Assembly (NCBI GenBank): GCA_035456985.1
Contig: DATICE010000162.1
Span: forward strand, 56,075 to 120,074
Reading direction: 5' to 3'
Source: Burkholderiales bacterium
GTDB lineage: Bacteria; Pseudomonadota; Gammaproteobacteria; Burkholderiales; SG8-41
DNA: 64,000 nt
The notes below the pieces were generated by a model. That model ran no database searches. It worked only from the letters and a program-made list of their open reading frames with translations, and was not told the DNA's origin. Positions 11,056 to 18,504 of this stretch are shown piece after piece. The translations under genes and the position numbers were made by a program. Positions within the stretch are counted from its first letter, which is position 1, and each line of letters starts with the position of its first letter.

Positions 11056-11780
11056 AATCCCTCCCCTGCGAGCACTTCGGCAACGTGGAGCACTTTCGTC
11101 TTCGTGTCACCTCGCCGCCGCAGCCGGCCCTCGATGTTGAGCATGCAGCCGAGGTCCCCCAGCACCACCGCGTCGGCGCCGCTGGCGGCAACATTGGCGC
11201 ACTTGCGCTCGGCAATATGGGTGGAGATCTCGCCGAACTTCAGGGCGAAGGTGCCGCCGAAGCCGCAGCAGGTCTCGGCCTCCTCCATCTCCCTGAGCGT
11301 CAATCCCGGCAGGCTCGCGAGCAGCTTGCGGGGCTGGGCCTTGACGCCGAGCTCGCGCAGGCCCGCGCACGAATCATGGTATGTGATGGTGCCCTTGAAC
11401 GATCCCGGCGCGCGATCGAGCTTGACCACGCTCGCGAGAAAATCGGTCAATTCATAAGTGCGAGCGGACAGCCGCTTCACGCGCTCGAGCGTGCCGGATT
11501 CGTCGCGGAACAGCTCCGGGTAATGGGCGCGGATCATTCCGCCGCAGGAGCCCGAGGGGACGACGACATAATCGAAGCCCTCAAACTCGTCGAGCACCTT
11601 GGCCGCAAGCGCCCGGGCGGATCCGCGGTCCCCGGAGTTGTACCCGGGCTGGCCGCAGCACGTCTGCGCGCGCGGGACGACGACTTCGCACCCGGCGGCC
11701 TCCAGCAGCTTGATCGCGGCAAACCCGATGCGTGGCCGCATCAGGTCCACGAGGCAGGTGATGAAAAGCCCGACGCGCAC
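11052..11780 (-). CDS. lutA: LutA/YkgE-family (Fe-S)-binding oxidoreductase subunit (two CCG domains)
   Basis: 242-aa ORF reading MRVGLFITCLVD..QTCCGQPGYNSGD..YHDSCAGLRELG..ETCCGFGGTF, the classic CCG-domain pair of LutA. Confidence 0.85.
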   Translation of the reverse strand: MRVGLFITCLVDLMRPRIGFAAIKLLEAAGCEVVVPRAQTCCGQPGYNSGDRGSARALAAKVLDEFEGFDYVVVPSGSCGGMIRAHYPELFRDESGTLERVKRLSARTYELTDFLASVVKLDRAPGSFKGTITYHDSCAGLRELGVKAQPRKLLASLPGLTLREMEEAETCCGFGGTFALKFGEISTHIAERKCANVAASGADAVVLGDLGCMLNIEGRLRRRGDTKTKVLHVAEVLAGEGL

Positions 11781-11786
11781 GATCGA

Positions 11787-12752
11787 TTACTGGCGGATGC
11801 CGAGCGCGGTGACGAGCTTCTCGTAGAGCTCGTACTGCTCGCGCACGTACTGCTCGGTCGCGGCGGGCGAACGGATCGCCACAACGCCTCCGATCCGGGC
11901 GTTGCCCGCGATCCAGTCCGGGTCCTTGGCAAGACGCGCGAACACCTCCGTCCAGCGGCTCACGATCGCACTGGACACTCCCGGTGGTCCCATGAGCGCG
12001 GTCCAGCCGACGATCTTCTCCATGTCCGGATAGCCCGCCTCGCGCGCGCTCGGTACGCCGGGCAGGTCGGCGATGCGCACCGGCGAGACGAAGAGCGTGC
12101 GCAGCCTGCCCGCCTTCGCCAGCGGAATCACGGTGGGCGCGTTGTTGCACGCAAAATTCACCTCGCCGCCGAGAACGGCGGTGGTGACCTCTCCCCCGCT
12201 CTTGTAGTGAATGCCGACCGCGTGGTCCTTGGTCAGCCCGGCGAGCGTCATCAGGTACTGCGCAGCCATGTTCTGGCTGGTGGCGACGCCGGCGGTCGAA
12301 AAATTGAGCTTGCCGGGACTGCGGCGGATCTCGCCGATGAGGTCGGCCGCCGTCTTGTGGGGCGAGTCGCTTCTCACGAAGCAGACATACGGGTTCAGCT
12401 CGATCATCGAGATCATCGTGAACTCGTTCCACTTGTACGGGAGCTTCGAGTCGAGCGCGGGCAGGATCGCGTGCGTGGCGATGCGAGCCACCAGCAGCGT
12501 ATAGCCATCGGGAACCGCGTTCTTCACCAGATTCGCGGCGATTGCGCCCGAGGCGCCCACGCGATTGACCGACACGATCGGCACGTTGTTGAGATACTTC
12601 GCGGCAGTCTGCGCAACGTTGCGCCCGGATAGATCCGAATCGCCGCCCGCCCCGAACGGGATCACGAACTGGATGGGCCGCGTCGGATAAGTCTGCGCGA
12701 GCGCGCCCGCACAGACGAGCCCCAGGCCGGTTGCCAGAATCCAAGTCTTCAT
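11787..12752 (-). CDS. Bug-family tripartite tricarboxylate transporter (TTT) periplasmic substrate-binding protein
   Basis: 321-aa ORF with a signal peptide followed by the Bug signature AQTYPTRPIQFVIPFGAGGDSD. Confidence 0.85.
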   Translation of the reverse strand: MKTWILATGLGLVCAGALAQTYPTRPIQFVIPFGAGGDSDLSGRNVAQTAAKYLNNVPIVSVNRVGASGAIAANLVKNAVPDGYTLLVARIATHAILPALDSKLPYKWNEFTMISMIELNPYVCFVRSDSPHKTAADLIGEIRRSPGKLNFSTAGVATSQNMAAQYLMTLAGLTKDHAVGIHYKSGGEVTTAVLGGEVNFACNNAPTVIPLAKAGRLRTLFVSPVRIADLPGVPSAREAGYPDMEKIVGWTALMGPPGVSSAIVSRWTEVFARLAKDPDWIAGNARIGGVVAIRSPAATEQYVREQYELYEKLVTALGIRQ

Positions 12753-12777
12753 GCTCCTCCTCCCGTTGGGTCGCGGC

Positions 12778-13806
12778 CTACCGGTACAGGCCCTGCTTCT
12801 CGAGCCAGCCCTGGATCACGCCAGCAACCTGGTCGCTGTTCCGATCCATCATCATCATGTGCGAGTTGCCCCGGATACCGATCTTGGGCAAATCCACAAC
12901 CTCGTAGCGGCCGCCCGCCTGCCGCACCTCCTCCAGGAATTGCACGCCGTTCGCCCTGATCTTGGGCCAGCGCGCATCGGACTCGATGTAATCGCCGTAA
13001 ACCGCAAGTATCGGCACATTCCTCAGGCGGTCGACCTGCTTGCGGTCTCCGACACCTGCCGGCTCGACCAGTACCAGCGCTTTCACCTTCTCCGGACGCG
13101 CCTGGGCAACTCTCAGCCCGAACTGGCCTGACTGGGAATGAATCAGGACGACGCACGGGCACACCCTGTCCACCAGTTCCGTGTAGGCGGCGATGATGGC
13201 CGGATCCGTAGTGGTCCAGCGCGGTACCCCCTGCCTGGTGAAATTGTCGTAACCCTCCGCGGGAAACTGGCTGCCGGGCAGCAGCTTCATCTTCGAAGGG
13301 TCCTTGTTGTAGGAGCCCCGACCGGCTCCGATCCGGAAGCGCTCGAACGGGTTCTCCTTGGTCAGGAACACGGGCTCCCCCTTGAAGATGTCGGGGTACA
13401 TCGCCCAGCCCGAGCGCCCGCGCTCCACCGCGTCGGAGTTGTAGACCGCCCAGCCTTTCTTGAGGAAGTAGTTGAGCCAGCCTTCACGCCCGTCAGGCGT
13501 GGTCTCATAAGTGACGCCGGTGAGCCCGCCCCCGTGCCACATCAGCAGCGGCAGCGCGCCGCGTTGGTCTTGCGGAATGAAGTACTGCACGTACATCTGC
13601 TCGACCTGGTAGACGCCGTTGGGATCCACCTTGGCGGGCACCCCGCCCGGAGTAAACACGATTTCCTTCACCGGCTTCCCCGAAATGACCACCTCGCGAC
13701 CGCCCACATGGAAGGAGCCCATTTCTTTGAGCTGGATCGGCGCCTGCGAGCAGGCTGCCAGGAGTCCCGCAGCGAGCGCTGCGCATGAATGTCCGATCAG
13801 TTTCAT
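12778..13806 (-). CDS. Alpha/beta-hydrolase-fold esterase, probable lipoprotein
   Basis: 342-aa ORF with a lipobox-like N-terminus (LAAGLLAACSQ) and a nucleophile-elbow-like VVLIHSQSGQFG. Substrate unknown. Confidence 0.6.
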   Translation of the reverse strand: MKLIGHSCAALAAGLLAACSQAPIQLKEMGSFHVGGREVVISGKPVKEIVFTPGGVPAKVDPNGVYQVEQMYVQYFIPQDQRGALPLLMWHGGGLTGVTYETTPDGREGWLNYFLKKGWAVYNSDAVERGRSGWAMYPDIFKGEPVFLTKENPFERFRIGAGRGSYNKDPSKMKLLPGSQFPAEGYDNFTRQGVPRWTTTDPAIIAAYTELVDRVCPCVVLIHSQSGQFGLRVAQARPEKVKALVLVEPAGVGDRKQVDRLRNVPILAVYGDYIESDARWPKIRANGVQFLEEVRQAGGRYEVVDLPKIGIRGNSHMMMMDRNSDQVAGVIQGWLEKQGLYR

Positions 13807-13864
13807 CTATTAGCCTCCCAAGGTTGTGAATGCTTTGGTTGTGACCGTAAAATCGCCGCCGCGC

Positions 13865-14950
13865 TCAGATGCGCCACGGTCGCAGAAACGCCATGCGGTC
13901 CATTGAGCGCACTGTCAGCTGCCGCACGGTCTTCCTGTGCAGCACGTGCAGCACGACCGCGGCCCCCGCCTCGCCGCTCGCCCATAGTCTCTGATAGAAC
14001 TCGCTCTGGCGCCCCACCGCCTGTCCGCCCACTCCGAGTATGACGTCGCCCCGCGCGAGACCGGCCTGCTCCGCCGGCGACTGGGGCAGCACCCGCGTCA
14101 CCACTACGTGTCCCTGGATCTCCTCGGAATAGACGCCGAGCCAGGGCCGCGGCGGCTCGCGCCGGCGACCGGTCGCAAGAAGATCGGCGAGCAGCGGCTT
14201 CAAAAGGTCGATGGGGACGAACATGTTACCGGGAAACGCGGCGCCGATCTCGAGCGCGTCGCTGACCCAGAGCGAGCCCACTCCCACCAGCTTGCCGTCT
14301 GCATCGAGCAGTGCCGCGCCGCTGTGCTCGAAGCGCGGCGGTGCCGTGAATATCCCGCCTTCGATCATGTATTCCCACCAGCCGGTGAAGCGGCGGCGCG
14401 ACACCACGCACGCGCGTGACCCGCCGCCGGCCGCGCCGTGGGCTGCGACCAGGACGGTCGCAAGCTCCCGCACCTCGGCCGAGTTCCCCACCTCCAGGGG
14501 CCGGCAGTCAATGCCGGCGCGCAGCACGCCGAAGCCCGTGGCGTGGTCGTAGCCGATGACGCTCGCCGGAAAGACACGCCCGTCTCCGGCAACGACCAGG
14601 ATGGAGCCCGCCTCGAGTATCAGGTAGCCGATCGTGACGATGAGCCCCTTCTCGCCGAACACCACCCCCGTGCCCTCGCGCTCGATCCCCAGGTTCTCGG
14701 CTGTGCGCGCATCCGGCACCGCCTTGATGGAGAGCTTCACGACGCCTTCGAGCGGCACGTTGTCCGCACGCAGCTCGGGCACGGCGAGATGGGCAGCGCG
14801 CCAGGCGGAGAGGGCTGCGGTGAAGAAGGAGACGGTCACGGTCGGGGTGCGCGTTGAACGGAAGCAACCTGCCGATTCCGCGCGCACGTCTAAACCGGCG
14901 CATTGCGTCGGGATTTGACCAATGTTATCGGGGCGCTTGCCGCCGGGCAA
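13865..14950 (-). CDS. Trypsin-like (S1C/HtrA-like) domain plus PDZ domain protein; catalytic triad apparently degenerate
   Basis: 361-aa ORF with an HtrA-like core (GTGVVFGEKGLIVT..GDGRVFPASVIGYD..HSGAALLDADGKLVGV) and a C-terminal PDZ (GHVVVTRVLPQSPAEQAGLARGDVILGVGGQAV). The start is uncertain; an internal alternative start before VTVSFFTAALSAW is possible. Confidence 0.6.
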   Translation of the reverse strand: MPGGKRPDNIGQIPTQCAGLDVRAESAGCFRSTRTPTVTVSFFTAALSAWRAAHLAVPELRADNVPLEGVVKLSIKAVPDARTAENLGIEREGTGVVFGEKGLIVTIGYLILEAGSILVVAGDGRVFPASVIGYDHATGFGVLRAGIDCRPLEVGNSAEVRELATVLVAAHGAAGGGSRACVVSRRRFTGWWEYMIEGGIFTAPPRFEHSGAALLDADGKLVGVGSLWVSDALEIGAAFPGNMFVPIDLLKPLLADLLATGRRREPPRPWLGVYSEEIQGHVVVTRVLPQSPAEQAGLARGDVILGVGGQAVGRQSEFYQRLWASGEAGAAVVLHVLHRKTVRQLTVRSMDRMAFLRPWRI

Positions 14951-14989
14951 CGGGTGCCGGCCGGCGCGCGGCGAGAGGTAACAGCGTGC

Positions 14990-15610
14990 TTAGGCGGGCG
15001 CCCGGTAGCGGACGCCGATGATTTCGATCTCGGCCTCGCCGGCGGGGGTGGCGAGCGTCACGACGTCGCCGCTGCGCTTCTTGAGCAGCACCCGGGCGAT
15101 AGGAGACAGCCAGCTCACCTGGCCGCGCTTCACATCCACCTCATCCACCCCCACGATGGTGATGGTGCGCTCGTCGCGCCCACCGCGTACGTAGGCATAG
15201 GTGACTGTGGCGCCGAAGAATATCTGGTCGGAGTCGCCGCGCCGCACCGGATCCACCACTTCCGCGCTGTCGAGGCGCTTATTGAGATAGTGGATGCGGC
15301 GGTCGATCTCGCGCAGCCGCTTCTTGCCGTAGATGTAATCGCCGTTTTCCGAGCGATCGCCGTTGGAGGCCGCCCACTGGATGGTCTTGACGAGCTCGGG
15401 GCGCTCGGCGTCGAGAAGCTTGCTCAATTCGGTCTTGAGCCGCGCGTAACCGAGCGGCGTGATGTAGTTCTTGGCCTCCGGTGCAGTAGCGGCCGTGGTC
15501 GCAGCGCGCCCATTGCCGTTGCGACCATGTCCGTTGCCGTTGCGGCCATGCCCATTGCCGTTACGCCCGTTGCCGTTGCGATTACGCGAAGCTGTCGCTG
15601 ACTTGCTCAT
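14990..15610 (-). CDS. greB: Transcription elongation (transcript cleavage) factor GreB with an N-terminal Asn/Gly-rich repeat extension
   Basis: From ATG 15610 the product reads MSKSATASRNRNGNGRNGNGHGRNGNGHGRNGNGRAATT..NYITPLGYARLKTEL..WAASNGDRSENGDYIYGKKRLREIDRRIHYL..WLSPIARVLLKK. The Gre core is unambiguous. I trimmed the track ORF (to 15748) to the first ATG preceding the repeat. Confidence 0.85.
   Translation of the reverse strand: MSKSATASRNRNGNGRNGNGHGRNGNGHGRNGNGRAATTAATAPEAKNYITPLGYARLKTELSKLLDAERPELVKTIQWAASNGDRSENGDYIYGKKRLREIDRRIHYLNKRLDSAEVVDPVRRGDSDQIFFGATVTYAYVRGGRDERTITIVGVDEVDVKRGQVSWLSPIARVLLKKRSGDVVTLATPAGEAEIEIIGVRYRAPA
15509..15580. repeat. Four imperfect copies of a 15-nt core (CCSRTTGCCGTTRCG), two of them in 21-nt units, inside the greB 5' end
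   Basis: Read directly as cccattgccgttgcg / accatg tccgttgccgttgcg / gccatg cccattgccgttacg / cccgttgccgttgcg. It encodes (RNGNG[HG])n on the minus strand. Confidence 0.85.
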
Positions 15611-15729
15611 GGTGGGTGTGAGTGCGGTACGTTTCGAGCGGGGGAGCCTCATAGTATAGCAAAAACAACGTATTACTGGCGATAGCTTGGGCGATGCTCC
15701 AGAACCCCGCCCAAACGAAGGGTTCTTAA

Positions 15730-15758
15730 TTGTCGCTGCCGATTTCATATTGTAAAAT
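15730..15758 (+). promoter_or_regulatory. Candidate sigma70-type promoter of the IclR gene with an overlapping inverted repeat (possible auto-operator)
   Basis: TTGTCG (15730..15735), a 17-nt spacer, then TAAAAT (15753..15758), about 30 nt upstream of the GTG start. The inverted repeat CGATTT-N9-AAATCG overlaps the -10 element. Sequence pattern only. Confidence 0.35.
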
Positions 15759-15788
15759 CGACCCCCAAAACCAATTCAACCCCCTGCC

Positions 15789-16559
15789 GTGACAAGAGAA
15801 AAAGAGACCCGGTCCTCGATCCAGGTCATCGATCGCATGATGAGTCTGCTCGGGGCCCTTTCCCGCCATGGCTCCCCGGTCAACCTCAAGCAGCTCGCCA
15901 CCGAGACGCGGCTGCACCCCTCCACCGCGCACCGCATCCTCTCCGTGATGGTGGGCAGCCGGCTGGTGGACCGGATCGAGCCGGGCACCTACCGCCTCGG
16001 GATCCGGCTGCTCGAGCTCGGCAGTCTGGTCAAATCGCGGATCAGCGTGCGCCAGGAAGCCCTGCCGCACATGCAGAGCCTGCAACAGGAGCTGGGTGAA
16101 ACAATCAACCTGTCGGTGCGCCACGATGACGAGGTCGTTTATGTCGAGCGCATCTCCGGCAACAACTCGATGATGCGAGTCGTGCAGATCATCGGTGCCC
16201 GCGCGCCGCTGCACATCACGGCAGTGGGCAAGATCTTCCTCGCCGAGGACAGCCCCGGGAAGTGCGCCGAATACGCGCGGCGTACCGGCTTGCCGCGCTA
16301 CACCGACAATACGCTGACCGATGCCGATGCCCTCGCAAAGGAACTCGAGAAGGTCCGCCGCCAGGGCTACGCCTCCGACAACGAGGAGGCCGAGAAGGGG
16401 GTTTCCTGCCTTGGCGCCGGCATCCACAACGACGAAGGCCGCCTCGTCGCCGGCCTCTCCGTCTCCGCGCCCTCCGACCGGCTCAACAAAGCATGGGCTA
16501 CCCAGGTGCGCCAGACCGCTGAGAAGATCTCGCGGGCCATCGGCCACCCGATCCGGTGA
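15789..16559 (+). CDS. IclR-family transcriptional regulator
   Basis: 256-aa ORF with an N-terminal wHTH (SIQVIDRMMSLLGALS..LKQLATETRLHPSTAHRILSVM) and a C-terminal IclR effector domain (ASDNEEAEKGVSCLGAGI). Confidence 0.85.
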   Translation: MTREKETRSSIQVIDRMMSLLGALSRHGSPVNLKQLATETRLHPSTAHRILSVMVGSRLVDRIEPGTYRLGIRLLELGSLVKSRISVRQEALPHMQSLQQELGETINLSVRHDDEVVYVERISGNNSMMRVVQIIGARAPLHITAVGKIFLAEDSPGKCAEYARRTGLPRYTDNTLTDADALAKELEKVRRQGYASDNEEAEKGVSCLGAGIHNDEGRLVAGLSVSAPSDRLNKAWATQVRQTAEKISRAIGHPIR

Positions 16560-16566
16560 CTGGCCG

Positions 16567-17961
16567 GTGCTCGACCAGCCCCTCGTCATCCTCGATCTCG
16601 AGACCACCGGCGCCAACGCCGTGTACGACCGCATCACCGAAGTAGGCCTCGTCGAGGTGGGGCCGGGACGGAGCGTTGCCGAGTGGTCCACGCTGGTGAA
16701 TCCGGGCACCCGGATACCGCCGGCGATCCAGTCGCTCACCGGCATCACGGATGACATGGTTGCGCTCGCCCCCTCGTTCGCGGAGATCGCGCCGAACCTG
16801 CTCGCGCGGCTCGAGGGAAAGCTGCTGGTCGCGCACAATGCCCGTTTCGATTATGGATTCCTCCGGAATGAGTTCCGCCGAGCCGGGTTGCGCTACTCAA
16901 GCCGCGTGCTGTGCACGGTCAAGCTTTCGCGCCGGCTCTTCCCGCGCGAGGTGCGTCACAACCTCGATGCGCTGATGGCGCGTCACGGCCTGGAGTGCGA
17001 GGCGCGCCACCGTGCGCTCGGCGACGCGCGCGCGGTGTGGCAGCTCCTGACGCGCTGGCGCAACGAGGTCGCGCCCGACGCCGTCGCCGGCGCGGTAGAT
17101 GCCCTGGTCCGGGCGCCCACTGTCCCTGCAGGACTGGCGGAAGGCGCGCTCGACGACATTCCGGAAGTCCCAGGCGTCTATCTTTTCTACGGAGATAACG
17201 GCGCGGCGCTCTACGTGGGCAAGAGCATCAACCTGCGCTCGCGCGTGCTGGCGCATTTTGCGGGCGACCACCGCGACGCCCGGGACATGAAGATCGCGCA
17301 GCAGGTAAAGCGGGTGGACTGGACCGAGACCGCCGGCGAGCTGGGCGCGCTGATCGAGGAGTCGCGGCTGGTGAAGAGCCTTGCCCCTGTCTATAACCGC
17401 CGACTGCGGCGCCCGGCGGAGCTCTGCGCCTGGCACTGGCGGGCCGAGGAGCTGCTCGTTCCCCCCCGGCTGGTTGGCGTGGACGACCTGGGGCAGGTAC
17501 GGTTCGATGATCTCCACGGGCTGTTCCGCTCGCGGGCCGCGGCGCTCGAGGCGTTGCGGGAAATTGCCACTGCGCACCAGCTCTGCCCCATTGTCCTCGG
17601 CCTGGAGAAAGGCAAGGGCCCCTGCTTTGCCCACCAGCTCAAGCGCTGCCGCGGCGCCTGCGTCGGGAAGGAATCGCGCACCGCTCACGCGCTGCGGCTC
17701 GCCACCGCGCTCGCGCAGTTGCGGATGCGGCCATGGCCGTTCAAGGGTCGGATAGGGGTGCGCGAGAATGGCGCGGCGCGGGAAGATATCATCGTTCTCG
17801 ACCGCTGGTGCTATCTCGGCACCGTGCGCTCCGAAGCCGAGCTGAGCGAGCTGGAAGGCCGGTGCCCGCCGGCGGCGTTCGATCTCGACACTTACAAGAT
17901 TCTGACGCGCTACTTTGCGCGTCCACGCGGCGACTACACGGTCATCGAGCTCGCGGCATGA
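16567..17961 (+). CDS. DnaQ-like 3'-5' exonuclease fused to a GIY-YIG (UvrC/Cho-like) nuclease domain
   Basis: The N-terminal part has Exo I-III-like motifs (VILDLETTGAN, LVAHNARFDYGFL, HRALGDARAV). It is followed by GIY-YIG (PGVYLFYGDNGAALYVGKSINLRSRVLAHF ... YNRRL). The start is uncertain: GTG 16567 is the first plausible start after the IclR stop, and the track ORF from 16321 overlaps IclR. Confidence 0.75.
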   Translation: MLDQPLVILDLETTGANAVYDRITEVGLVEVGPGRSVAEWSTLVNPGTRIPPAIQSLTGITDDMVALAPSFAEIAPNLLARLEGKLLVAHNARFDYGFLRNEFRRAGLRYSSRVLCTVKLSRRLFPREVRHNLDALMARHGLECEARHRALGDARAVWQLLTRWRNEVAPDAVAGAVDALVRAPTVPAGLAEGALDDIPEVPGVYLFYGDNGAALYVGKSINLRSRVLAHFAGDHRDARDMKIAQQVKRVDWTETAGELGALIEESRLVKSLAPVYNRRLRRPAELCAWHWRAEELLVPPRLVGVDDLGQVRFDDLHGLFRSRAAALEALREIATAHQLCPIVLGLEKGKGPCFAHQLKRCRGACVGKESRTAHALRLATALAQLRMRPWPFKGRIGVRENGAAREDIIVLDRWCYLGTVRSEAELSELEGRCPPAAFDLDTYKILTRYFARPRGDYTVIELAA

Positions 17962-18003
17962 ATCGAACGCGCCCGCATGCTGCAGGCGCTGGCCAAGGGA
18001 AGA

Positions 18004-18027
18004 GTTTGCGGACGGCCGTCCGCAAAC
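18004..18027. terminator. Strong palindromic hairpin between convergent genes (possible bidirectional terminator)
   Basis: GTTTGCGGACGG/CCGTCCGCAAAC, with 12-nt self-complementary arms. It sits between the exonuclease-fusion stop and the stop of the 77-aa gene. No clear U-tract. Confidence 0.45.
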
Positions 18028-18028
18028 T

Positions 18029-18262
18029 TCAATGAACGACCAGGGGCTGGTTCAGCAGGACGTCGAAGCTGCCGAGGAACTCGTCCACGCGCTCGACGGA
18101 AGCGTCTTCGGCGACGGCGGCCTGCAGCGAGCTGACGAACCGGTCCGCGACATCGCCCTGGAAGAACGTGCCGCGGGCGCTGCGCTTGTCCACCAGCTCG
18201 TAGCCATGCTGCGCGGGATATTCCACCACGTAGTAGCTGTCGCTGCTATAGATGATGTTCAT
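18029..18262 (-). CDS. Small conserved hypothetical protein (resembles the betaproteobacterial DUF3567 family from memory)
   Basis: 77-aa ORF reading MNIIYSSDSYYVVEYPAQHGYELVDKRSARGTFFQGDVADRF, with host-typical codon usage. The family assignment is from recollection only. Confidence 0.55.
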   Translation of the reverse strand: MNIIYSSDSYYVVEYPAQHGYELVDKRSARGTFFQGDVADRFVSSLQAAVAEDASVERVDEFLGSFDVLLNQPLVVH

Positions 18263-18504
18263 CGCCGTTTACCCCTCACGCCCGAAAACAACGCTTTTCC
18301 GGGCTCTCGGGTTGACATTCTCAGCAAGACGCATTCCGACCGCAGTGATCGTTCTCACGTGTGAGAATTTGGGGGCGTAGACGGTCGATTTCAAGCAATG
18401 AACGGCCGCGTGGATGATGAGCGTCGCGCGACGAGTAGACGGCAATAGGACCAATTCCACATCGCAGGTGGGGTATTGATCACGTCACCTGCTGTTAGCT
18501 GCCC

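Noticed and set aside
15471-15659. 62-aa plus-strand ORF encoding a Pro/Leu/Arg/Cys repeat (PLPLRPCPLPLRPCPLPLRPLPLRL)
   Set aside because: It is the antisense reading of the greB N-terminal Asn/Gly repeat, so the repeat structure is inherited from the opposite strand. It has no independent start context.
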